Below, in pieces: positions 9,918 to 19,290 of a stretch of DNA of 59,262 bases. A program made the position numbers and the translations under genes. The notes under the pieces were generated by a model. That model was not told the origin of the DNA, ran no database searches, and saw only the letters and a list, made by a program, of their open reading frames with translations. Position 1 is the stretch's first letter. The number at the start of each line of letters is the position of its first letter. Source of the DNA: Candidatus Daviesbacteria bacterium GW2011_GWA1_41_61 (GTDB lineage: Bacteria > Patescibacteriota > Microgenomatia > Daviesbacterales > UBA10151); the NCBI GenBank assembly GCA_000997385.1, contig LCBT01000005.1, forward strand, positions 1-59,262, given 5' to 3'.

Positions 9918-10655
9918 TTATTTCTCCCAGCCTAGATTTCTTAAAATTGAAGAAATATTTGAATACTTTCTATCAATCTCTCTATCAGCTTCTGCATATG
10001 TAATACCAAATTCAGCGGAAATTTTCTCGTAGGTCTTTTTAGAAGTAAGCCCAGTAATTCTTTTGTAACGATATATAGATGCAAAAATCTCAACTTCTCT
10101 CATAGATATATCCTTAATAGTTTCAGGCGCTGGGTCTGATTTTTCGTAATCCTTCATTGCTTCCTCGATTTCGTCCCACTTATCTGATATATACTTGCGT
10201 AGCTCACTTTTGCTGAGCCGTTTGTTAAGTTGAATGATGGGAAGAGCTGGGGTAATGCCTTTGTCTACCAAAGCACGTTTATTTCCTTCATACCATGAAT
10301 CCCAAAACATTTTGTCCTGCAGCCTAGTTGGTGGTGGGACAAGTTTATCATAGTGAAGAAAGCTTCTATTAAGCTGATGTCGTATTCCAAAAATTTGTAT
10401 AGGTTGGTAAACAGAGAAGATTTTCCCAAATTGAATGTATTCCTCCAGTGGGCGGACAAATTTAATGGGAATATGATATTTTTGAAGTAGTGGGATTAAG
10501 GTATCAGGAAATAGTTGTATCTTTTTAGCTTCAAACTGCTTTTTTAAGTCTTCAATTTCGGCTGCGAAATCTTCATAAAATTCTAACAAAAGTAGGTATT
10601 TACGTTCATCCTCACTCAGGTATTTTGCTGCATCGTCACTTATTTTAATCCTCAT
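9918..10655 (-). CDS. Hypothetical protein, possible regulator with C-terminal helix-turn-helix
   Basis: 245-aa ORF upstream of the replication operon; same position as 20001-20618. Confidence 0.55.
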   Translation of the reverse strand: MRIKISDDAAKYLSEDERKYLLLLEFYEDFAAEIEDLKKQFEAKKIQLFPDTLIPLLQKYHIPIKFVRPLEEYIQFGKIFSVYQPIQIFGIRHQLNRSFLHYDKLVPPPTRLQDKMFWDSWYEGNKRALVDKGITPALPIIQLNKRLSKSELRKYISDKWDEIEEAMKDYEKSDPAPETIKDISMREVEIFASIYRYKRITGLTSKKTYEKISAEFGITYAEADREIDRKYSNISSILRNLGWEK

Positions 10656-10732
10656 TTTTATATTAATTTATGGCTAATTATACTCTTTATTAGGGTGGTG
10701 GAAAACTCTTAAATTAGCTTCAAAAATGCTAA

Positions 10733-11479
10733 TTACTGGTATTTAAACTGGAAAGGTTGAACGAGAGGTTCTGAGAAAGGAATAGTTATGCTTACAGCAG
10801 GTACAGATAAGGAAACGAAATCCGTCTCAGCGCAAACCACTGTCTCAGACGAAGGTTCCCACCGAAGTATACTAGTTATGTCTCTTTCGCTTGGAGTCTC
10901 AGTCGGGGAGGTAGTGTAGTAATCTCCGAATTTAGAAGATTGAACATAATCAGACTTAGGCGTAAGATATGGCGTACCGGTACAGTCAGAAGTAGTGAAC
11001 CCGAGACTTGCTTTTGCAACTTCCCAGTGTTGAATATCTATAAATTTGTTGATACTGGGGACAAAGATTGTATTATTACCTTCCGATCCTTTATCTACTA
11101 AAATCCCCAGTTCGTTATTATGGGCATCAAGGACCATTATTGATTTAGACGATTGTACAGGGATATTCTCTAGCTTGTTATTTAAATCGATAATCTCTGC
11201 TGTCTGAGTTGCTACAATTGACTCTAAGTCTCTAACTTTATCATTCGTAGCTAATAAACCTTGGTCTAGTTCTGCTACTTTATCAAACAGATAGCAATTA
11301 ATAGCGTCTGATCTAGATACATTTCTTCTTAAACAATTACGCTGATAATATTCAGTCGCTTTCTGTAAAAATGTACTACTTACTGCTAAGACTGTGGGGC
11401 TCAAAACTACTAATACAAACAATGGTAGTAAAAATAGAGGTAGAATCTTAATTTTAATTCTCATTATATCTGCTTTCAA
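10733..11479 (-). CDS. Secreted/membrane-anchored hypothetical protein with coiled coil
   Basis: N-terminal hydrophobic signal, heptad segment, Cys pairs. Confidence 0.7.
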   Translation of the reverse strand: MKADIMRIKIKILPLFLLPLFVLVVLSPTVLAVSSTFLQKATEYYQRNCLRRNVSRSDAINCYLFDKVAELDQGLLATNDKVRDLESIVATQTAEIIDLNNKLENIPVQSSKSIMVLDAHNNELGILVDKGSEGNNTIFVPSINKFIDIQHWEVAKASLGFTTSDCTGTPYLTPKSDYVQSSKFGDYYTTSPTETPSERDITSILRWEPSSETVVCAETDFVSLSVPAVSITIPFSEPLVQPFQFKYQ

Positions 11480-11611
11480 AAATTTTACTTTTCAGAAAGC
11501 CTTAATCTGATCAACATCATAAAACTTTTTGCTATAGGGGACAAGTAGTTTTTATGTACATCTATATTATCTCAAGCCTTACCTGATCTAAATTCCTATC
11601 TGCTTTTTTAA

Positions 11612-12307
11612 TTAAACTTTTGTTTCATCATTACTTACAGGTATAGGGGGAGCAAAAAGCTCAGGAAGTGCGGGGAAATCATAGTTTTCTTCAGAGCATT
11701 TGGATGATGGAACCTGTACAAAACTGTATATCCAGTCCGATCTTCCTTTTTCTCTTTCCCAAACACTATCATATTTATCTTCTGCTTCCTTGCTTCTTGC
11801 AACTGCTTCCATTACCCTATTGCTTAACTCTCGTTGTTCATCAGGATCTTTTTCTTTGTATTCTGTAGACAAAAAGACTGAAGACTCATAATCTGCCTTA
11901 TACATTTCATATTGATATTGACCCGCCTCCTTGATATATGAATGTATTAATAAGTTAAAGGCTTTGCTATCTAAATATATTCTTTGTTTATCAAGCCACA
12001 ACTTTTCTTCTTTTTGGTAAACATCACTTGCTTGCATGTATTTATCCAGAGCAGCATGATATTCTTCCGCAGTAGCTGTATCACTTCCTGCTTTTAATAT
12101 TAAATTGTATTGATCCAAATATTTATTTTTTCTATCAATTATTAAAGGATTAATTTTTATACAATGCTCATCTGCTAAATAGGATCCCTCGTTAATCAAT
12201 TGTTGATATTTGTATATATAACCTACAAATAACCCAAGACCTAATATTATTGAAATAATGAGAAGCTTCTTTTTAATAGCTTTATTCATTTTCAGGAAGT
12301 AGCTCAT
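11612..12307 (-). CDS. Membrane-anchored hypothetical protein
   Basis: N-terminal TM helix, helical body. Confidence 0.7.
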   Translation of the reverse strand: MSYFLKMNKAIKKKLLIISIILGLGLFVGYIYKYQQLINEGSYLADEHCIKINPLIIDRKNKYLDQYNLILKAGSDTATAEEYHAALDKYMQASDVYQKEEKLWLDKQRIYLDSKAFNLLIHSYIKEAGQYQYEMYKADYESSVFLSTEYKEKDPDEQRELSNRVMEAVARSKEAEDKYDSVWEREKGRSDWIYSFVQVPSSKCSEENYDFPALPELFAPPIPVSNDETKV

Positions 12308-12956
12308 ATAATGCAGGAGTAATTACAACAAATATATGGCCAGGTATTCCAAACACAGGTGTTTTATCATAGGTATACGAAACCTCAACATTTTTCCCAT
12401 TAATTATTTTTTGGTGTCGTGTTCCTGAGGTACTCTCAAATTCCAAAGATTGTTCTATAAACCAACTTGTAATATCTTTGTCTACAGTGTCCGTCAGTTG
12501 GAACATTTGCCGTAACGTATCATTATTTTTTTCTCCATCAGCATAAAGATCGCCAGTAAAACTGATTTGCGTTAAATTCTTCCCCGGCTGCCCTATTAGA
12601 TAAACTGTGACCGTATCAACCTCTCCTCTTTCTACATCCTGACTTTTATCTTCAGGATAATATTTATCAATATCCGAATTAAAAACTACACCTATATTTT
12701 GGGACTGTAACCTATCCTTTAAGGATTGCATTGTAATGCTTAAATCTAGAGTTTTAGTAGCGACTTGAGGTGAAGATAGAGGAGTCTGAGCCTGAGTATC
12801 GATCTGCTGTAAGATAGTTGAGCTTTGAGGTGAAGGTTCAGATCTCACTAAATAATATACTCCAATTATGATCGCGAATATAATAATGACTAATATAGGA
12901 ACAATTCTTTTTTGATCGCGAAACGTTTTTCTATTCATTTTATTTACTTCTTCCAT
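12282..12956 (-). CDS. Membrane-anchored hypothetical protein
   Basis: N-terminal TM helix followed by S/Q/P linker. Confidence 0.7.
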   Translation of the reverse strand: MEEVNKMNRKTFRDQKRIVPILVIIIFAIIIGVYYLVRSEPSPQSSTILQQIDTQAQTPLSSPQVATKTLDLSITMQSLKDRLQSQNIGVVFNSDIDKYYPEDKSQDVERGEVDTVTVYLIGQPGKNLTQISFTGDLYADGEKNNDTLRQMFQLTDTVDKDITSWFIEQSLEFESTSGTRHQKIINGKNVEVSYTYDKTPVFGIPGHIFVVITPALYELLPENE

Positions 12957-12977
12957 ATCATTTATTTTCCCCCTTTT

Positions 12978-13610
12978 CTATAAGCTAGAACAGAATGGTT
13001 TACTACAAAAATTATTAGGTTTAGAACAATACTGATATTTTCTTCCCTCTAATAAACAATTGTTATATTCTCCAAGTTCAGTATTGTATTTACCTATACA
13101 AGAATTATATTCAGTCATTTCCTTCTGACATTCCTGTTGTTCTTCCGACCTTCTTCGTTGTCTATCTTGTTCAAAGGTATCAGTTGTTGTACCTGTTTGT
13201 TGCTCATAATAGCTATTTTGAATTGGCTGTCCTTCTTGTGCCATGATTTTTTGCACACGAGCTTCTTGGTCAGCCATAAGGGCTGGATCTGCATCTAACT
13301 TGAACGCCATTAACCTGATGAATTCCACATTAGTCATATCTACATTTCCCAATCTCTTTTTTGCCTCTATCAATACATCTTTAGAGGTTCTGGCAACTCC
13401 AAAAGCGACTATTTTTAAGGCTTTTCCAGATGGTTGGTTTTGGTTATCTGTAGGCACATTTGTATCTGGGCTGACAATAGACTCATTAACTTCAGATTTA
13501 GTAGGAACCACACCACTAGACATATCTTCCGAGGATTCACTATATCCTCCAAGATATATACCAGTGAGAACAACTACTCCTATAATTACCAAAACTGGAG
13601 TCATTTTCAT
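12978..13610 (-). CDS. Membrane-anchored protein with Cys-rich C-terminus
   Basis: N-terminal TM; EYNxC and CSKP repeats. Confidence 0.7.
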   Translation of the reverse strand: MKMTPVLVIIGVVVLTGIYLGGYSESSEDMSSGVVPTKSEVNESIVSPDTNVPTDNQNQPSGKALKIVAFGVARTSKDVLIEAKKRLGNVDMTNVEFIRLMAFKLDADPALMADQEARVQKIMAQEGQPIQNSYYEQQTGTTTDTFEQDRQRRRSEEQQECQKEMTEYNSCIGKYNTELGEYNNCLLEGRKYQYCSKPNNFCSKPFCSSL

Positions 13611-13940
13611 TTAATTTCCTTTCATAAGGTCTGTAATATCCTTTTTAAGCTGTGTTAATTGTTCTTCAGTGAGATTATCTTCTGTCTCTTTTATTATATC
13701 CTGAGTTTCTTCATCCTTAACTTTAAGTTTCCTTTGAAGACTGATTAACTTAACCTCGTTACTGACATGAAATACTCTAATTAATTTTCTAAGAAAGTTT
13801 ACAGCTACATCAATCTTAAAGACGATTAACAGATAGGCATAAATTAAGAAGATTTTTAGATCCCAGTTAATTAGAATAATTGCGATTATTAACTCTAAAA
13901 GATAGTTCCACCATGATTTTTTTAAAATTTCGCCAAACAT
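13611..13940 (-). CDS. Small membrane protein
   Basis: Two hydrophobic helices plus charged tail. Confidence 0.65.
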   Translation of the reverse strand: MFGEILKKSWWNYLLELIIAIILINWDLKIFLIYAYLLIVFKIDVAVNFLRKLIRVFHVSNEVKLISLQRKLKVKDEETQDIIKETEDNLTEEQLTQLKKDITDLMKGN

Positions 13941-14043
13941 AATTATATTTCCATCTCTAAATCTAATTGCATTCTATACCTGATCAATAAAGATGACAAG
14001 GAGTCTGTCGAGATGATACTGATGGTCTCTTATAGTGTGAGTT

Positions 14044-14271
14044 ATGGGAAAAGCTATTACTCACAAACAAGTATTAGAGAAATTTGGACAGAAGATGCAG
14101 AAGGTGCGTCAATCCTCTGGGGTAACACAAGAAGAATTAGCGGCTAGGTTAGGGATGCATAGAACCTATATTGGCCTTATAGAACGAGGCGAGAGAAACC
14201 CAACTATAAGAACTTTATATAAGATTGCAAAAGCCCTTAAAGTTCCAGCTTCAGATTTGCTACCTTTTTAA
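14044..14271 (+). CDS. XRE-family HTH regulator (controller-protein-like)
   Basis: TQEELAARLGMHRTYIGLIERGERNPT. Confidence 0.92.
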   Translation: MGKAITHKQVLEKFGQKMQKVRQSSGVTQEELAARLGMHRTYIGLIERGERNPTIRTLYKIAKALKVPASDLLPF

Positions 14272-14961
14272 CTAATAGGAACCCCCAGGTATTAATGTTG
14301 GTATTTGTTCTCGTTTTACCCTGATTCGTTTGACTGTTGAGGCACTTACCCTCTTCATACTCCTATGTGTCCTTAAAACAACCCCAAACTTGCTTAGAGC
14401 CTTGCATTCTTGGTCAATATTAATCTTGTATGATTTAACTTCTGGCCATAACTGTGCAACTATGTAGTTATTTTGGAGTGGATCTATATTCCCTACTATC
14501 CAAACCGAAGCGATATTAGGCTTTACAGCCTCAATTTGTTTATTTAAATCGCTTAAGTCCTTTATTGCTTCATCTCTGTTAATCAATCCTACTAAACTTG
14601 TCTTCGGATCATAGACCTTATCTTTTAACTTACGTTTGACAGTATCTGCAATACTTTCTTTTTTGCGATCTTCTATCCGGTATACCTCAACTAACTGAAT
14701 GTTTTTAACTCCAACCTGTTTACTGTTAAGAGACATCGTAGCAGCTAATATATCAGGTGGATCTTCATCTGGCACCTGCAACCACCACATTCTGCCCTCG
14801 TAATGTTTCACACCCAATAAAGCTATTCCTGTTATATAAGCTTCAAGCCCCTTCTTTTTATTAAATGCTTTTTCAACCCCAATCTGTTGAATCAGTTGCT
14901 TGAAGTTATATATTGCGTAGCAAGGTGAGTACCAAATATTTTTTGTTATATCAATATCCAT
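14272..14961 (-). CDS. Hypothetical protein, possible PD-(D/E)xK-like nuclease
   Basis: DPPDIL...QLVEV motif; convergent with the XRE gene. Confidence 0.5.
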   Translation of the reverse strand: MDIDITKNIWYSPCYAIYNFKQLIQQIGVEKAFNKKKGLEAYITGIALLGVKHYEGRMWWLQVPDEDPPDILAATMSLNSKQVGVKNIQLVEVYRIEDRKKESIADTVKRKLKDKVYDPKTSLVGLINRDEAIKDLSDLNKQIEAVKPNIASVWIVGNIDPLQNNYIVAQLWPEVKSYKINIDQECKALSKFGVVLRTHRSMKRVSASTVKRIRVKREQIPTLIPGGSY

Positions 14962-15014
14962 AATTAAATTTTGGAAGTGAAGTATTTGAACACGCGCTAT
15001 ATAAGGGGATTATA

Positions 15015-15380
15015 TCAAAGGGTTTCAATCATACCTTTAAATCTTTGCTTTCTGTATTTTAGTTTTAGACAATTCCTACATCCCAAAATATTTTGTAACG
15101 GGTGTTTATAAAGCGTCCCTACCTTTATTTGGCATATCGGGCACAAGAACCAGAATCTATCGCCATTAAATCTGGTTTTAGAGGTGGTAAGGCTCACCTC
15201 AATCCCTAGAGCCTCAATTTTGGCTCGTAGAAGCCTTATTTTGAGCTCTTTCTTAACGCGGTCTACTAATTCATCGATATTGATTCTCATGGCGTTATCT
15301 GCCAACTGAGAATCTCCTAAATCGTATGGGTTTATTAAATTATTCATGGCTGTTTGCTTGTACCATTTGGTTTTGGCCAA
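15015..15380 (-). CDS. Zinc-finger protein of mobile elements
   Basis: RFWFLCPIC...LY...CRNC...Y. Confidence 0.65.
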   Translation of the reverse strand: MAKTKWYKQTAMNNLINPYDLGDSQLADNAMRINIDELVDRVKKELKIRLLRAKIEALGIEVSLTTSKTRFNGDRFWFLCPICQIKVGTLYKHPLQNILGCRNCLKLKYRKQRFKGMIETL

Positions 15381-15930
15381 TAATAGCTGTGTCTGTTTTG
15401 ATATTTAATTGCATAGGTATTTGTTTCATGGCTTTTAGTGCCTGAATTGAGGTTAAATACTGCCTGTTTGCCCGATCCAGCTCCTTGCTCAAAAAGGCTA
15501 GGAATCTTATACCCATATCTGTAATTGAAGCCGGTGCTAAGTATCTATTAATCCGGCTTTGAATCTCTAAAGTTCGGATATAATTGACTGTGGCTAGTTC
15601 AGCCGTAGCTTTCTCGCTGGTAGTTTCACAAAGATACTCTTTTTGTAACTGCCTCATCATATCTACTCCAAAAGTTTTATAACTCTCTGATATAATTTTA
15701 GTCATCAGAATTCCGTTTTCGAACTCAAAAAGCGTTAATGCCTGAAATGCGTTATCTATATCGATTGTAGCTAATTTATTACTTTTATTATTTATAGACT
15801 CTTCATATACTTTTTGTAGAACAGTGTCTGGATCATTCCAAATTTTACATTTACTGAAAGCATCTCTAAGTTCCTCTGAAGTTTTTGTTTTAACAATCGT
15901 TTTACTGTTTATTTTAGGCTTAGTAGGCAT
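15340..15930 (-). CDS. Hypothetical element protein
   Basis: 196-aa ORF overlapping the next gene; its start overlaps the stop of the orphan integrase tail. Confidence 0.65.
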   Translation of the reverse strand: MPTKPKINSKTIVKTKTSEELRDAFSKCKIWNDPDTVLQKVYEESINNKSNKLATIDIDNAFQALTLFEFENGILMTKIISESYKTFGVDMMRQLQKEYLCETTSEKATAELATVNYIRTLEIQSRINRYLAPASITDMGIRFLAFLSKELDRANRQYLTSIQALKAMKQIPMQLNIKTDTAIIGQNQMVQANSHE

Positions 15931-16042
15931 AACCAGCTTCCTTTAAGCTAGTAACGTTTATGTGGTTTCTAAGAAGTTCTAATTGTGCTGCTAGAGTTTT
16001 TGCTTCCTCTGAGGTATCATTTAGAAGGTTTTGGAGTCCGAC
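15920..16042 (-). other. Displaced 3' end of the element 1 integrase gene (40 codons + stop)
   Basis: In frame with GGG ATT CGA core; reads VGLQNLLNDTSEEAKTLAAQLELLRNHINVTSLKEAGYAY*. Confidence 0.7.
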
Positions 16043-16062
16043 TCGAATCCCCTCTCCCGCTC
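16043..16062 (+). repeat. attR, tRNA 3'-end fragment
   Basis: TCGAATCCCCTCTCCCGCTC versus TCGAATCCCGCCTCCGGCTC at 5447-5466. Confidence 0.75.
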
Positions 16063-16080
16063 TGGTAAAATATTAAACAT

Positions 16081-16152
16081 GCCGAAGTAGCTCAGTGGCA
16101 GAGCACGTTCTTGGTAAGAACGGGGTCACGGGTCCGATCCCCGTCTTCGGCT
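16081..16152 (+). tRNA. tRNA-Thr(GGT)
   Basis: Acceptor GCCGAAG/CTTCGGC; anticodon arm CGTTC-TTGGTAA-GAACG. Confidence 0.93.
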
Positions 16153-16201
16153 CAGGTTAAAACCTTGCATCTCTTCCCCACCTAATATATAATCCCAAGG
16201 T

Positions 16202-16372
16202 ATGGCTAAAAAAGGAAACAGGCAAATATTTCATTTAGAGTGCTCTGCTTGCAAAAGCAGAAATTATGTAGTGCAAAAAAATGTTATTAATACTAAAGAT
16301 AAGTTAGCTTTTAAAAAATACTGTAAAAAGTGCCGAAAAATCACCCTCCACAACGAGACTAAGATTAAATAA
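16202..16372 (+). CDS. rpmG: 50S ribosomal protein L33 (zinc-binding type)
   Basis: Manual translation MAKKGNRQIFHLECSACKSRNY...KKYCKKCRKITLHNETKIK; below the ORF-track length cutoff. Confidence 0.95.
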   Translation: MAKKGNRQIFHLECSACKSRNYVVQKNVINTKDKLAFKKYCKKCRKITLHNETKIK

Positions 16373-16580
16373 TCACCTTCCTGGCTGGTCTAAACTGTTC
16401 CCAAAATCTACGATGTCCATACACGCCTGGTGTTCAAAACATCCATCCCCAAAGATTAAAAGGGCTATTGATTTATCTTCCCCAACTCTCGGGAGGAGAC
16501 CAAGTTGATCCACACTCATATCTTGGATATACAAGGCAGTTTTGAACAAGGGGTGTTTTTAGGTTATACTACACATACTT

Positions 16581-16654
16581 AGGGGCGTCGGTCAGTGGTA
16601 GGCCTGGAGTCTCCAAAACTCCTAACGAGGGTTCGATTCCTTCCGCCCCTGCCA
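16581..16654 (+). tRNA. tRNA-Trp(CCA), integration site of element 2
   Basis: Acceptor AGGGGCG/CGCCCCT; anticodon arm GGAGT-CTCCAAA-ACTCC; 3' GCCA. Confidence 0.95.
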
Positions 16655-18148
16655 ATTCTCACTTTCAGCATACTTGGCTACTATGCTGAATGGTAGTTTG
16701 AGGCTAAAATCAACCTTTTTATCCTTCAAAATAAGGTTCGAGACGACAAATCTCAGCAACTCCCTTTGTAACTCAGGTCTCGAACTGGCAAATAACTTCG
16801 GAGCCATATTGCAGAAGGTCAGAAATCCTTCTATTTCCTGCTTATATACCCTATCTGCAGTCTTGTGCTTCATTATTTCAGCATTTACGAGTTCGGTTTC
16901 CTTGTTGACCTCTGTTGATTTTGAATTGTAGGCTTCGTCTTTGATCTTTCCTTTGAGATATAAGTCCAACAGCTTTGAGGATTGCTCCTGTAGGTCTTTG
17001 TACTGACTGTTGAGAGCATCCAGCGAGTCTTGAAGGTATTCAGTTTCGTCTGCCAAGCTCACACTCATAATGTCTTTTATAGTTTTCAACTTTTTTAGAT
17101 CAAGCGAGGCTGCTTTGATTACCTTTGCTAATTGTTCTGTTATAACTTCCTCCCTCACATACTTCTGATGGCAGAATTGAGCCCCTCTGGGCTTGGTACA
17201 GTGATAATAAACATGACCCTTCTGCAATTCAGCAGTAACTCCGTTATGGCACTCACCACATTCCATAAGTCCAACAAATGAGAAATCGTGTTTATACCCT
17301 TTCTTCTTTTTCGGAGACAAGACCTCCTGCACTTTATCAAATAAGTCCTTTTCAATAATTGGTTCATGTTTTCCTGGTTTCACTTCGCCTTTCCATTCAA
17401 AAAATCCATAGTAAAAATGGGTGTGAAGAATCTTACCTATGGCTGACTTTCCAACTCGATTACCTTTTCGACTTCTGAAACCCTCATCAAAAAGCATCAA
17501 TCCGATTTTCCTTTCCGAGTATTCACCTGTAGCACAGAGCTCAAAGATTCTTTTGATAAAAGGTGCAACTACTGGATCAGGTACTGCTACATGGTCATCC
17601 AGCTTCGTTTTATAACCAATCGGAGGTATGTGGGGGTAGAAACCATCATCCACCAAAATATCATAAGCTTTTTTGACTTCATCAGAGAGATTGTTTAGAT
17701 AGAACCTGGCAAAACCATTTTGGATATCAAACTGTAGCTTTTGGAAACTCTTGGCGTTCTTGTTATAAACCAAAGATTCTTTGATGAAATGTATTTCTCT
17801 GCCTTCATTGTTCACCATATCCTCAATAATCACCCTATCTTTGAGATTGCCTCTCAAAAGTCTGTCCACTTTCTCACACAAGATTCCGAGGATGTTTTTG
17901 TTAGCCTGGATATAAGCCACCATTTCAGAAAACTTTTTTCGACCTTCTTTTTTTGCACTTTCATCAATATCAAACTCTTTGATTACTTCAAAATTATTTC
18001 GCTTGGCATAATCAAGGATTAGCTTCCTTTGGGCTTCAATGGAGACACCTTCTTCACGCTGGCGTTTACTGGAGACTCGATAATAAGCAACAAATTGATT
18101 TGCATTTTCCATATTCATCTTATCTGATTTTAGTAGATTAGTTGTCAT
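16622..18148 (-). CDS. Large serine recombinase; C-terminus encoded antisense to tRNA-Trp
   Basis: YYRVSS, VDRLLR, CGEC...YYHC zinc ribbon; ends WQGRKESNPR. Confidence 0.93.
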   Translation of the reverse strand: MTTNLLKSDKMNMENANQFVAYYRVSSKRQREEGVSIEAQRKLILDYAKRNNFEVIKEFDIDESAKKEGRKKFSEMVAYIQANKNILGILCEKVDRLLRGNLKDRVIIEDMVNNEGREIHFIKESLVYNKNAKSFQKLQFDIQNGFARFYLNNLSDEVKKAYDILVDDGFYPHIPPIGYKTKLDDHVAVPDPVVAPFIKRIFELCATGEYSERKIGLMLFDEGFRSRKGNRVGKSAIGKILHTHFYYGFFEWKGEVKPGKHEPIIEKDLFDKVQEVLSPKKKKGYKHDFSFVGLMECGECHNGVTAELQKGHVYYHCTKPRGAQFCHQKYVREEVITEQLAKVIKAASLDLKKLKTIKDIMSVSLADETEYLQDSLDALNSQYKDLQEQSSKLLDLYLKGKIKDEAYNSKSTEVNKETELVNAEIMKHKTADRVYKQEIEGFLTFCNMAPKLFASSRPELQRELLRFVVSNLILKDKKVDFSLKLPFSIVAKYAESENWQGRKESNPR

Positions 18149-18151
18149 AGT

Positions 18152-18691
18152 TCAAGGCGACTTCTTTATATCTCGAAACAAATCTTTTCTCATTGCTTTC
18201 CATGCATCAGACTTGACTAAATCACCATACTTTTTCCCTATCTCTTGGAGAATGTGCATCCAATAATTCGAATGCATCTCCTCATCCTTGAATACTTCAA
18301 AACGATCAAGATTCAGAGCTCCTTTTGCTTCCCTGTCGAGCTCTGCTATCTGTTCCTTGATTTTTTGTGTGCTTTCAAGCAGTTTGAAAGCTGAATCAGG
18401 ATCAAACTTCTCGGCTTCCACACCAAAAATCTGTCCAAACATATCGTTATAAAAAGTAATTGCGGTATCAGCTCGAATGATGATATAGCCTGAATACAGC
18501 ATTAGTTTTCGGAGGAATAAAGAAATAAGCTTATCAACTTCTTTCTTTGTCTCATTTGGCAGTTGCCTCCTCATCTCTTCAACCAAATCGAAATTACCTT
18601 GAGAAAACGCTTCTACAGCAGCCCTGAAAGCTTCATCAGCAGTCATATTTGCGAATGGTTCATTTAGATTCATTTTTGATTTTGTATGCAT
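18152..18691 (-). CDS. Hypothetical helical protein
   Basis: 179-aa ORF in operon with the recombinase. Confidence 0.6.
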   Translation of the reverse strand: MHTKSKMNLNEPFANMTADEAFRAAVEAFSQGNFDLVEEMRRQLPNETKKEVDKLISLFLRKLMLYSGYIIIRADTAITFYNDMFGQIFGVEAEKFDPDSAFKLLESTQKIKEQIAELDREAKGALNLDRFEVFKDEEMHSNYWMHILQEIGKKYGDLVKSDAWKAMRKDLFRDIKKSP

Positions 18692-19031
18692 ATTCCAATA
18701 CCTCCAATCTTTTTGCTAAATCACTCTGCTCAATAGTTTTGAGTGCGATACCCGATAAGTAACCTATTGCAGTTGCCAGTTTAGTGCTGGTTTTATTTCT
18801 TCGTAGGTCGTTTATGGTCTGTTCTATCAGTTTCAATACATCTTGCGTATTTGAGATTGCTATTTCATCATCCCTTCCATAGCTTCGTTTGGGGCTTTTA
18901 CCACCATCATGTACTGCTTGGGTTCGTTTCTCTCGCATCTTTTCAGAATGCCAGAAACAAAAGCTATCAGCTTGGATCGCCTTGGCTTTGCACCGCTTTT
19001 TATCTGTTTTTATAAAGTTGCATTGATTCAT
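18660..19031 (-). CDS. C3H zinc-knuckle protein (HGGxSTG-like)
   Basis: QCNFIKTDKKRCKAKA...FCFWH...GG. Confidence 0.6.
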   Translation of the reverse strand: MNQCNFIKTDKKRCKAKAIQADSFCFWHSEKMREKRTQAVHDGGKSPKRSYGRDDEIAISNTQDVLKLIEQTINDLRRNKTSTKLATAIGYLSGIALKTIEQSDLAKRLEVLEYAYKIKNESK

Positions 19032-19290
19032 AGTTACATAAGCTAATGGGTGTACCTCCTAATAACTGCTTGTTGAGATAGCCCACCCTTCCTAAAGGTT
19101 TCATCCGCACATGTTTCCGTTTTCTCTCGGTATGCGTTAGCTCATTACCTGTTCCAAACTGCTCCTTTCGGTCAGAAGGGAGGCTCTCGTAATGCGTCAA
19201 GAATAACCCCCACATTTTTCTGTGTCTGCTTTATAGAGACCATTGTTTCCATAGCTCAATGGTAAGCAGTACACCCAAACAGTTAGTTAT

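Larger units (their letters stand above)
5447..16062. mobile_element. Integrated satellite/PICI-like element 1
   Basis: Serine recombinase, primase and helicase-like genes; bounded by the tRNA-Thr 3' end and a tRNA 3' fragment at 16043-16062 (17/20 identical, core TCGAATCCC); no recognisable capsid or conjugation genes. Confidence 0.85.

Noticed and set aside
10655-13940. Integron cassette array
   Set aside because: No convincing attC sites and no IntI; only a weak short direct repeat near 11497 and 11575.
16373-16520. Short minus-strand ORF between rpmG and tRNA-Trp
   Set aside because: About 50 codons with no motif; cannot be supported.
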